Below are positions 51,728 through 60,268 of a stretch of DNA of 64,000 nucleotides, piece after piece. This DNA comes from a virus. Taxonomy: Duplodnaviria; Caudoviricetes. Below the pieces are notes generated by a model. The model saw only the letters and a program-made list of their open reading frames with translations, was not told where the DNA came from and did no database searches. Each line of letters begins with the position of its first letter. Positions within the stretch are counted from its first letter, which is position 1. The position numbers were made by a program, and so were the translations under genes. The DNA is taken from IMG/VR virus record IMGVR_UViG_3300047160_007353, positions 1 through 64,000 of that record; one strand, given 5' to 3'.

Positions 51728-52327
51728 TCAATGACCTCTGGGGATTGGAGGCGGAGGGCTCTCCAGGAACACGTAGGCCCATCCCTGGCCCCCGGGATGC
51801 TTCCATCGATCCAGAAATTCCGATCGCGTCATCCACTCGTAAGTCCCCGGAAAGTTGTTGTCAATGATGCAGGCCCACTTCTGATCGATGTGAATCAGAA
51901 TGACCATATGGTAAATGGTCTGGCCTTTCCCGTATCGCTCTCCATAACCATAGGTCACACAAGCGGGGCTACGCGCAGCGATGGCGGTGTCTAAAATTGC
52001 CGGGTCTTTCCCCTCGTACTGAACATACTTCCGGTGGGGGGCATGCTCCTTGAGGACCTTGTCCACCTTTTGTGGCCAGCCGCCACCGTTAGGGATCTTA
52101 TGGATGATATCCACAAGTTCCGTGATGTGGTGCCAGCGTGCAGCCATGTCCATGGAAGCGAACACACAGAGCCCTGAACCGTCCTTGGGAGCCCCGAAGT
52201 TCTTGACGTGCTGCCCCGGCGGCAAATCGATCGTCACTTCCGTGCCGTTATATGTGGAACCTCCAATGTCAGCCCAGGCTTTCGGCAGAACCAGGGCCAG
52301 AGCCAGGGCAAAAAGGGCTTTTTTCAT
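51728..52327 (-). CDS. Secreted papain-like (C39-like) cysteine peptidase
   Basis: Signal peptide MKKALFALALALVLPKAWA; GLCVFAS (Cys), HMVIL (His), IDNN (Asp/Asn). Confidence 0.6.
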   Translation of the reverse strand: MKKALFALALALVLPKAWADIGGSTYNGTEVTIDLPPGQHVKNFGAPKDGSGLCVFASMDMAARWHHITELVDIIHKIPNGGGWPQKVDKVLKEHAPHRKYVQYEGKDPAILDTAIAARSPACVTYGYGERYGKGQTIYHMVILIHIDQKWACIIDNNFPGTYEWMTRSEFLDRWKHPGGQGWAYVFLESPPPPIPRGH

Positions 52328-52329
52328 GG

Positions 52330-52482
52330 TTATCCCTTCATTTTTTGAGCCACAACCAGAGCAATAAGCAGAGGAGCAAGAACCACGAGCACTCCAGCCA
52401 GAAGCCCGTCATAAAACCCCCGCTTATAGAGCGTATCCAGGGCGTCCGCGAGAGGGCCAAAGAAGGCAATGACGCTAGTCAC
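52330..52482 (-). CDS. Small single-TM protein
   Basis: GTG start overlapping the sigma gene 3' end; LLAGVLVVLAPLLIALVVA. Confidence 0.45.
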   Translation of the reverse strand: MTSVIAFFGPLADALDTLYKRGFYDGLLAGVLVVLAPLLIALVVAQKMKG

Positions 52483-53200
52483 GGTTAAAACCACCCTTGT
52501 AAGCAAAATCCTGTAGTTTTTCTTTCGCGGTCGCGAGGGATCGGCGCAAGAGCATCTCGTCGAGTCCATACTCGGCGGCCTTGAACTTCAAAGCCGTCTT
52601 TTCCTCGCCGTACATGCCGAGATTGCAACCCAGGGCGAGGCATTCGTGGAGGTCGAGCTTCTGAAGGAACTTCCCTATGACCTCGTTGGACTCCTCCGCC
52701 TCTTCCTTTCGAATCATCAGCTCCAGAGGGTCGAGTTCTGTCTCGTCCACATAGAGGCCGTTGATTTCCTCGTGGTCGCGGGCCGCACGGAGGAGGTTTT
52801 CCAGGTTCTCCCTGGCCACTTCGATGCCAGCCGCCGCGGCCTTGAAGGTCCCCGCGGTGTTCGCCTGGAGTTTGACGCATCGGGAGCGCTCGAACAGCTC
52901 CGCCATGCGGTTCCGGATGATGGTCTGAGCGAAGCAGAGGTAGCTCGACTTCGATGAGTCGTACTTGCGGTCCCGTTCGCTCAACTCGATCCACATTTCG
53001 AGGAGTAGGTCCTCGGGATCGAACGTGACTTTGCCCTCGGGAGAGAGCTGGCGATAGAAGCGAAGAGCCTCGCGGACCAGGAACCGGCCGATAGAGGCGA
53101 TGCGACGTGAAAAGTCAGCAGCCTGCGCGTCCTGTCGAGACAGGGGATCGCACAGGCTCGCAAAGTATTCGAGCAGCGGACGTTCAGATTCTTTGGGCAT
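52475..53200 (-). CDS. Divergent phage sigma70-family factor (region 2 plus region-4-like HTH)
   Basis: EDLLLEMWIEL..RDRKYDSSKSSYLCFAQTIIRNRM (r2) and LQKLDLHECLAL...KAAEYGL...RRSLATAKEKL (r4-like). Confidence 0.65.
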   Translation of the reverse strand: MPKESERPLLEYFASLCDPLSRQDAQAADFSRRIASIGRFLVREALRFYRQLSPEGKVTFDPEDLLLEMWIELSERDRKYDSSKSSYLCFAQTIIRNRMAELFERSRCVKLQANTAGTFKAAAAGIEVARENLENLLRAARDHEEINGLYVDETELDPLELMIRKEEAEESNEVIGKFLQKLDLHECLALGCNLGMYGEEKTALKFKAAEYGLDEMLLRRSLATAKEKLQDFAYKGGFNRD

Positions 53201-53203
53201 TGG

Positions 53204-53686
53204 TCAGAAAAGGTCGAGAAACGGTTTGTCTGGGCAGATTATCCCTACATTTACTTTTACCCCAGGCTCAGAACCCCAGAGACGAATTATCTCTTGGGCG
53301 CAGACCTGGTTGTCGTTGAGGAAAATCGTGCCCTGGATGCCGTCTTCGACTGCTTTCAAGAGATTGGTGCTGTCGGGAAGTGCCTTGCCTAGCTTCTTCC
53401 AGCGAGAATGGCTGGGTATCCACTTGAAGCGCGGATAGCAGAGCTGGCCGTGAAGTGATTCGTCGTCTGAGCGGATCGTGAACTGGCAATAGAGGTAGAT
53501 CGGTTCAACGGACGGCTCGTAAGGCCATGCGTCCCTGGCGGCTTCGCCAACCTTCTCCTGCCATTCGATGAGTTCGGGCTTCTTCCGGGCACCCCCGAAG
53601 CGCCCCACCAGCGGAGCGCTCCAGGGTATCGGCGTGCCCACCGCTTCGAAGTGAATCGAGCGAGAAAGGTTGAGGCTCAGGGTCAT
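53204..53686 (-). CDS. rusA: RusA-like Holliday junction resolvase
   Basis: PDSTNLLKAVEDG...LNDNQV motif; N-terminal GTPIPW. Confidence 0.8.
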   Translation of the reverse strand: MTLSLNLSRSIHFEAVGTPIPWSAPLVGRFGGARKKPELIEWQEKVGEAARDAWPYEPSVEPIYLYCQFTIRSDDESLHGQLCYPRFKWIPSHSRWKKLGKALPDSTNLLKAVEDGIQGTIFLNDNQVCAQEIIRLWGSEPGVKVNVGIICPDKPFLDLF

Positions 53687-54624
53687 GGATTTGAGGTTTC
53701 GCGTATCCCGCCGCCCAACATCCATCCGTTAGGATACCGGGCGTCCAGCTTGGCCATGTTCGCGCGGGCACATTCAGCAAGAGATGTGTTAAACAGGGCG
53801 CACAGGGCATCCAGGGAGATCAGGACGAAGAAGACGCTCTTGGCCTGGTCGTCAACGTTCTGGCCTTTGCGGTGCCATCGGATCTTCTTGAACCGGTTGG
53901 ACAGCATTCCGGCGTTTGCCGACATCTCAATCAGGACATCCTGGCATTGATGTAGCCAACCGATAAGGTTCTGCTGGACCTCCTGGGGGGCGTCATCCAG
54001 CTTGGAAATCATCTGGGCCGGGATCTTCATCACGGCCATGTAAGACGCCGCGAATCCGGCGGCCTGCTCGTCCGGGATCATCCGGCCGATCTCGCCTCTC
54101 CCCCGCAGTATGGATTCGTCGATCGTGTCGGCGACCCACGAGGCGGTGAAGATCACGTCACCAATCTCGTCCCGGATCTTTGTCAGGAACTCCGGGCTGA
54201 CCAGGCCGCTGTCGGCTCCAAGGATGACGGTTGACAGCTCGGCCACTTCGCCGACGCACTCGTGGATCGCCTGGTCCATCTCGTCGAGCCAGATCGGCGC
54301 ACGAAGGGCGGATGGCTGGCACTTGGTTTCACGCCACTGGCAGTAGTCCTGCCAGGTCAACTTGGTTTCCTGTTTTGCTGGAGTTTCCGGCTCAGGAAAA
54401 TCGACTGTTTTGGGAACGATGATTCCTCCCCTGGATCGCTTCTCCTCTTCCGGGAAGAATCCGCCGTTCTCAGGCCCGTAGCCGCCAGGCGTACGAACCT
54501 GAGCAACCGGCCCCACGTTCACCGGCCGCTTGATGCCGACCTTGCGGTCGCGGGACTGACGGCCATCCCTCAAGGGGATGCTGTCTGGAAGCAGTTCGGT
54601 CTTGTTGCCTTCTTCTCTCATCAT
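53683..54624 (-). CDS. MazG-like nucleoside triphosphate pyrophosphohydrolase
   Basis: HECVGEVAEL...KIRDEIGDVIF and LAECARANMAKLDARYPNG motifs. Confidence 0.75.
   Translation of the reverse strand: MMREEGNKTELLPDSIPLRDGRQSRDRKVGIKRPVNVGPVAQVRTPGGYGPENGGFFPEEEKRSRGGIIVPKTVDFPEPETPAKQETKLTWQDYCQWRETKCQPSALRAPIWLDEMDQAIHECVGEVAELSTVILGADSGLVSPEFLTKIRDEIGDVIFTASWVADTIDESILRGRGEIGRMIPDEQAAGFAASYMAVMKIPAQMISKLDDAPQEVQQNLIGWLHQCQDVLIEMSANAGMLSNRFKKIRWHRKGQNVDDQAKSVFFVLISLDALCALFNTSLAECARANMAKLDARYPNGWMLGGGIRETSNP
53689..53700. promoter_or_regulatory. Half-site of the 23-bp quasi-palindrome
   Basis: ATTTGAGGTTTC at the MazG-like stop / RusA start junction. Confidence 0.5.
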
Positions 54625-55133
54625 TTCTCCTTGATCGTCAGGTGCTCGATCTTCTCCACGATCAAGCCAAACATCACGAGGTTCTTGTCTGCTGTCTTGC
54701 TGCCCATGTTCCTCACGTTGAGACCATAGGACACCTTCACGTCCGGTCCAACACCGTCGAACCTGACGGCCTTGCACCCAACATAGAGCCGGATCGGTTG
54801 GGAGCTAATGGGGGCCTTTCCAGGATGGAGGTTCTCTGGCATCTTGTCGAAACCGTAGAGCTTGGTGGCCATCTTGATGATGGTGACCTCGTCACCCGTG
54901 AGTCTGCCGGTTCTCTGCACGACAACGTTTCGAGCGGGCTGCCCGGTCTGTGTCCTCCATGTGCACTTCCAGTTACCACTGGGCTCGATCTCGATCACGC
55001 GTCCGAGGCTCGGCGTCATCTTGTTGTCAACGAACAAGTTGATCCGGGGATTGTAGTCCACTACTGCCTTGTGGTGGGGTTGGAGGGATGCCAGAAACAA
55101 CGCAATGATGGTGCTCACTTTCCACTTCTCCAC
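54621..55133 (-). CDS. Hypothetical protein with possible signal peptide
   Basis: 170 aa, N-terminal STIIALFLASL. Confidence 0.5.
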   Translation of the reverse strand: MEKWKVSTIIALFLASLQPHHKAVVDYNPRINLFVDNKMTPSLGRVIEIEPSGNWKCTWRTQTGQPARNVVVQRTGRLTGDEVTIIKMATKLYGFDKMPENLHPGKAPISSQPIRLYVGCKAVRFDGVGPDVKVSYGLNVRNMGSKTADKNLVMFGLIVEKIEHLTIKEK

Positions 55134-56266
55134 TTCCTGATTCTAGCTGGAATCAGCTTGTCTACCAGTACCGGGTTCAGTTCACAACCAAGCCAGTCCC
55201 TTCCGTTCATCTCGGCCGCGAGAGCCGTGGTGCCGGCTCCCATGAATGGGTCGAACACAATCGGAGGAACATACAGAGGTGCACAGGGGCATCCTGTCCA
55301 CCCCAATGTTTCTGTGTAGCAAACATGCCTCTGGGGGTCCTTCTTCGCCTTGCCGGCCGGGTCAACCTTCACGTCGAGGCCAGGGCGGGTCGGAACCCGG
55401 TTTCTTGCCAGAAACCTCGTGTAAGGTTTCCCGCAGCCCTCGCAGTTTCCCTTATCTGATGTCGAGCACTTGATCAGTCTGGAGGCCAGCTCCACCGGCA
55501 TCGCTGCGAAGAAATCAGAGTCAACCTCCTTGCAGGTACATTCCGGGTATCGAGGCGCCTCGATCCAAATTAGCTGATCGTTTCCGTGCAGAGGACAGTC
55601 CGGATTCACTTCCATGTACTTGCCGCCGGTCTTGAAGTCCGACATCAGCCTCCTGCCGTTGATGCCAGTGGTCGGGATCGTCCAGACCGATCGCGGCTGA
55701 GAATAAAGAGTGCGGCCTTCTTCGTGCTGGTACTTCGACTTCTCCTGTATCGCGTACCCGTCGTAGTAGTGGTCGGCGGTCTTGGTGAACATGAAGACCG
55801 ACTCGTGTGAATAAATCGGATGGCGCCCGGAGAAGTGCGGATTCGAGTTTGGTTTGTTCCACACTAGCTCTACGACGAGACGCCACCCGCATGACCGTAC
55901 GACAGAAGCGAGACGATGCGGCACATCGAGACACTCGCCTTCCCGACTGTCGGACGGGCATAGCTTCTTGTTCTTGCTGTTACACCAGGTGTCCCCGATG
56001 TTCAGCCAGAACGTCCCCGTGGGTTTTGTGATCTTGAAAATACTCTTGGCCAGAACCTCCATCTCCAGGAGGTAATCCGCCAGTCGCCGACCTCCGACCT
56101 CCTTGCTCTTCAAGGGACTGTCTTCAGGCAGGTAAGACCTGAGGCCCCAGTACGGAGGAGAGGTTACGGTTGCATCCACGAACTCGGCAAAGCCTGCCTT
56201 CTCCCAGCTCCAAAGCAAGGATAGGCAGTCCCCGTGATACACTTTGCCGAGTTCGGGATGGTTCAA
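55115..56266 (-). CDS. N4-cytosine / N6-adenine DNA methyltransferase (beta class)
   Basis: TSPPYWG (catalytic) precedes FDPFMGAGTT (SAM-binding); TTG start 56266 after ggagg; Cys-containing inserts. Confidence 0.9.
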   Translation of the reverse strand: MNHPELGKVYHGDCLSLLWSWEKAGFAEFVDATVTSPPYWGLRSYLPEDSPLKSKEVGGRRLADYLLEMEVLAKSIFKITKPTGTFWLNIGDTWCNSKNKKLCPSDSREGECLDVPHRLASVVRSCGWRLVVELVWNKPNSNPHFSGRHPIYSHESVFMFTKTADHYYDGYAIQEKSKYQHEEGRTLYSQPRSVWTIPTTGINGRRLMSDFKTGGKYMEVNPDCPLHGNDQLIWIEAPRYPECTCKEVDSDFFAAMPVELASRLIKCSTSDKGNCEGCGKPYTRFLARNRVPTRPGLDVKVDPAGKAKKDPQRHVCYTETLGWTGCPCAPLYVPPIVFDPFMGAGTTALAAEMNGRDWLGCELNPVLVDKLIPARIRKWRSGK

Positions 56267-56270
56267 CGGA

Positions 56271-58619
56271 TTAACCTCCGGTAAGGAAGGCGGTCTGCCA
56301 GTCGCGCCACGCCTGGCCGCGAGGGCTGACCCGCGAGAGCCATGCGTTGTTGGTGGCGTCGTAGGGGATGTTTCTGACCTTGCCGTCCCTGGCGTCACCG
56401 AAGCCGGGCGACTGCCCTGACCAGGAGTAGATGCCCCAGGTCGCGCCGTTGGCGTTGACTTCCAGGGTGTGAGCGTAAAGGGTCAGAAGATCCAACCCGA
56501 GGTTTTGCATCGTACTGTAGTAGCATAGCTCAGTGTCGTAGGCGTCCGGGTGGTCCTTGGCATCCCAGGTTCGCGGGATCTGGTTCGTGGAGCCGATCGG
56601 GCAGAACCGCTCCAGGGCACCCTCGTAGCTCCATCGCTTGACCCTTCCTCCAAGCCAGGTCTCGTAGGTAGTGATGGCCAGCATCGCCGCTTGAAGTTGA
56701 GTGCCGGCAGTGAGGTTGTCGGCAGAGTAGGTCAGCCACGCCCGGTAGAGACTGTTGAGCTGGCGGGGCGTGAAGGCGTTGGTGGTGGCCGCCCATGCCG
56801 ACGGAAGATCCAGGTAGGGAGCAAACCCGATGATGTCTGCCCGAACGTTGTGGGCGATGGCGGCGCCCGTGACCTGACCCAGAAGGCCCATGTTCCAGTA
56901 CAGTGCTAACTGTACATCCGCTGCCCTGGCTCCGAAGACGGTCTTGAAGATGTTGACCACTTGCTGGGTCCGGAGAACCTCGTAGGTCGCACTGAAACCG
57001 CCAGGAGAGTAGAGTTGACTGCCGAGGGCATTGGCAACGAATGTCTGAGTGAAGGCTGAGTTCCAGTTCTCGTTGGCAAGTTCCGGAATCACTAGCTGGC
57101 CCGCAACCGAGTTGTTGAGGACCTGAGTCGCGATCGCCGTAACGCAGGCGTCATTGGCAGCAATGGGGATGGGGATGTGGATCGCACATCCCTTGTACTT
57201 CGAGGCGGCCGCCGACACGAAGTAGTAAGGCGTGAAACCGCCAAAGGGGCTGTTCTGGTGAGCCGTGGCGCTCGCTCCCAGGACAGTCGTAGCCGTGACC
57301 TGGGATGCTGTGTTGTTCGGAAGTCCGGTCACAGGCCCGAAGTAGACGAACTGGGTGGAGTTCACCGGGAAGCAGAAGACTGCCGCCCCCGAAATCGTGA
57401 ACGGATTGCCGGCGATCGTGAAGGCGGTTGGCGCGCCAAACGAGAGCGAGAGCATCTGGCCGGTCTGGAATCCGTGGGCCGCCGCACAGGTACAGAGACC
57501 GACCCAGTTTGCTCCATAGTTGAAGCGGCTGAGGTTGGCAGCCGTCATCGGGACCAGCGTGCCGTCAGGAGCGGTGTAGGACAGCGATCCATCCGAGGGG
57601 CACGGGTCGATCTGGGTGATGCTGACCGTCGCGTTGGGTTTGGGACTGACGGCCCACGGCATGGGGCCTGTCCCTGGAAGATCGGTCGCAAGAACCGTGT
57701 TGCTCTGCCCGGCCGAGGCGCAGGTGTCGATGAATCGCAGGCTCGAAGGACCCTTGCTGCCGATTCGGATCTGACTGTCGATGCTCTGCTCGAAGCAGCC
57801 GTTTCCGCTGTCCCCGTAGTTGTCTACATTGTTGGCCATGTAGATCCGGGGATTGGTGTAAGACGGTGAGTTGGTCGGGTGGACGTTGCACCGAAGAGCC
57901 AGGATCGGGTTACGGGTCGTGTTGGAAGCGCTGGGAACAATCGAGTAGATCCTCGCGGTTCCCGTGGTTCCGTTTCCGGTCGCGCCGCCGATCTGGGTGA
58001 CCGTGAAGTTGGCGTCCGCAGCCACGATATCCAGGGTCGTGCGAGGGTCGGCGGAGTCCCAGATCAGAGTAACTGTCCCCGAGAGAGTCGGAAGGTCCTG
58101 AGGACTGGAACCGAGCGTATCGAGGGGAGTGTAGGATGCAGCCTGAAAGATGTTCTGACTACCGAAGCCGGGCGTCAGACTGGTTACGTTGCCGGCAGAG
58201 TCCAGTGTGCGGGCGGCACTATCCCAACCCGAGAGTCTCTGTGCGAAGTTCTTGGGCATCCCCTGTAGGGAGCCCCGCGTCAGTCCGCCGTGGGCGAAGT
58301 TCATGCCCAGGGCCATGGTCTTGGTGGCGGGCAAGGGGAAGTCGGTCTGGCATGCGTAGTTGGTGACCGGCAGGCTCAAGGCCGCCGCACCCGAGTACCA
58401 CTGGGCAGGAGCCGTGACGCTGAGGGCGTTGTAGGCGTTCACGCCCACGCCGGGAGGCAGGGTGAAGCTCCAGAAGTTGGTATCGACCGGGCCGGGGGTC
58501 AGAGCGATCGGGTTTCCGTCCGCCATGAGGGTCGGAGGAATGAGAACCGGGGAGGTGGCTCCCGGGTTGCGGATGATCAGAAGTGTGCCGCACTTGGCCA
58601 TGTACGCAGAGAACGCCAT
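56271..58619 (-). CDS. Glycoside-hydrolase-like TIM-barrel protein with beta-rich inserts (candidate depolymerase)
   Basis: IHIPIP..ANDACV...IPELANENWNSAFTQ, IIGFAPYL, SYEGALE and TWG match the pattern of the family often annotated as cellulose-binding domain protein; AHGFQTGQ FCCH-like insert. Confidence 0.55.
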   Translation of the reverse strand: MAFSAYMAKCGTLLIIRNPGATSPVLIPPTLMADGNPIALTPGPVDTNFWSFTLPPGVGVNAYNALSVTAPAQWYSGAAALSLPVTNYACQTDFPLPATKTMALGMNFAHGGLTRGSLQGMPKNFAQRLSGWDSAARTLDSAGNVTSLTPGFGSQNIFQAASYTPLDTLGSSPQDLPTLSGTVTLIWDSADPRTTLDIVAADANFTVTQIGGATGNGTTGTARIYSIVPSASNTTRNPILALRCNVHPTNSPSYTNPRIYMANNVDNYGDSGNGCFEQSIDSQIRIGSKGPSSLRFIDTCASAGQSNTVLATDLPGTGPMPWAVSPKPNATVSITQIDPCPSDGSLSYTAPDGTLVPMTAANLSRFNYGANWVGLCTCAAAHGFQTGQMLSLSFGAPTAFTIAGNPFTISGAAVFCFPVNSTQFVYFGPVTGLPNNTASQVTATTVLGASATAHQNSPFGGFTPYYFVSAAASKYKGCAIHIPIPIAANDACVTAIATQVLNNSVAGQLVIPELANENWNSAFTQTFVANALGSQLYSPGGFSATYEVLRTQQVVNIFKTVFGARAADVQLALYWNMGLLGQVTGAAIAHNVRADIIGFAPYLDLPSAWAATTNAFTPRQLNSLYRAWLTYSADNLTAGTQLQAAMLAITTYETWLGGRVKRWSYEGALERFCPIGSTNQIPRTWDAKDHPDAYDTELCYYSTMQNLGLDLLTLYAHTLEVNANGATWGIYSWSGQSPGFGDARDGKVRNIPYDATNNAWLSRVSPRGQAWRDWQTAFLTGG

Positions 58620-60268
58620 CAGAAGAATTCCCCTTGTTTCAAGATGATCTGAGACACGATCGAGGCGGCTTCCTTCTGGGTTGCCGTTCGGGCCTGCTCC
58701 TCCGAGACGCCGGATTCGAGCATGCGCTTAACGTACTGGTGAGAAGCCAGTCCCTTTTTCTCCCGGCTCTTGAGTTTCGAGATGAGGCGGGACGCGCCCC
58801 AGAGGTTCATTGACTGCGCGTTCTCGACGCCCATGGATGACAGAAGATCGACCTGAGCCCTGGTAGCCTCACCGCCGTAGCGCGAGTTGAAATCCTTCCC
58901 ACGGCGCATTCTGAGGTTTAGAACCTTGCCGATCCCGAACGGGGTCGAGTCACAAGAACTATAGATCGTTGTGAGCTTGCCAGTGTAATGAACCTGAACG
59001 ATCCCTCTCCGGAGATCGTTCTCGATCCCTTTCAGTTCCGCAAGGACGTCGATATCCCTGTCCTTGTATTCCTTGCTCCTGAGTCTCTTTTCGAGGATCT
59101 CCATCGCCTCATTCTTTTCCTCGGAGCAGAACAGGTCATGAGCCATGCAGAGCCGGCGGCTACGGTCGTCAGTCTTCCAGTCCAGGTCCAGGACCAGGCA
59201 GTTTGTCTTGCCGATCGAGGGGCAAAGCCTGAGCCCCCTGCCGACCCGCTGAGCGAATACGGATCTCTTTTTCGTGGCGCGGGCGTTCACCACGCAGGAG
59301 ATGCTCGGCATGTCCCAGCCTTCGACCAGCAGATCGCTGCAAGTCACGACCTGGGTCTCCCGCTCCTTGACCCGGTTGAGGCGTTCTTTCCTGACCTCTC
59401 TGGTTATTCCGTATTCCCCTCCTTCTCCAGCTACGTACTCGGCCTTGCGGCCCATCTGGCGGAGCATATCCGCGACCAGAGAGGATGACCCGCGGTCCGG
59501 ACAGAAGACCACTGTCTGGCGGTCCCCGATGTTTACATGGATCTGGTAACAAAGGCGCTCGATCTCTGGGCTGAGCCGGTCGGCCAGATCCCCGGCGTTG
59601 AAATCGCCGCCGGTCGTCCTGATCCCTCGGAGGTCCACGGGAACCTTGATCCTTCGGAGGGTATAGGGCACCAGATAGCCATTCTCGACAGCGTCGCGCA
59701 GGCGAAGCTGGTATCCGATCTTGTCGAATATTTCTCCCAGGTTTCGCTTGGCGGAATCTGGCGTCGCCGTAATACCAAGGACTTTGGCTCCCTCGAAGTA
59801 GGAAAGCACGTCCTGGTAAGACTTTGCGCCGGCGTGGTGTGCTTCGTCTACAACGATGAGACCAAAATGATCCTTCGGGAATCTGCCAGCCATCCGGTCA
59901 GCGTAAAGGGACTGAATGGTGGCCACCACGACCTGAGCCTGGAACCCCTTCTCCTTGGACCAGTCATCATGAGAAAGGGAACCCGACTCTATGGCGGTGT
60001 CGAAGTCGAAGGCCTTCACGTAGGTATTTGCTGCTTGCTCGATCAGCTCCGTCCGGTGAGCAATGAACAGGACGGGGCTGCCGATGCTTTGAAGGAACCA
60101 GTCAGCGATCAGGCCCGACGTGATCGTTTTTCCGGTTCCGGTCGGCATGGCAACAAGAACGGCGTTGTGGCCGCTTCTCCATGCTTCCACAACGCCGCAG
60201 AGAGCCTCGATCTGGTATTCCTCCCGCCTGATGGTCGGCGGGAGGACCAGAGTTCTGGGATCGAGCAT
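58619..60268 (-). CDS. SF2 DEAD/DEAH-box helicase
   Basis: MPTGTGKT, IVVDEAHH, GITATP, EGWDMP, QRVGRGLR. Confidence 0.92.
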   Translation of the reverse strand: MLDPRTLVLPPTIRREEYQIEALCGVVEAWRSGHNAVLVAMPTGTGKTITSGLIADWFLQSIGSPVLFIAHRTELIEQAANTYVKAFDFDTAIESGSLSHDDWSKEKGFQAQVVVATIQSLYADRMAGRFPKDHFGLIVVDEAHHAGAKSYQDVLSYFEGAKVLGITATPDSAKRNLGEIFDKIGYQLRLRDAVENGYLVPYTLRRIKVPVDLRGIRTTGGDFNAGDLADRLSPEIERLCYQIHVNIGDRQTVVFCPDRGSSSLVADMLRQMGRKAEYVAGEGGEYGITREVRKERLNRVKERETQVVTCSDLLVEGWDMPSISCVVNARATKKRSVFAQRVGRGLRLCPSIGKTNCLVLDLDWKTDDRSRRLCMAHDLFCSEEKNEAMEILEKRLRSKEYKDRDIDVLAELKGIENDLRRGIVQVHYTGKLTTIYSSCDSTPFGIGKVLNLRMRRGKDFNSRYGGEATRAQVDLLSSMGVENAQSMNLWGASRLISKLKSREKKGLASHQYVKRMLESGVSEEQARTATQKEAASIVSQIILKQGEFF

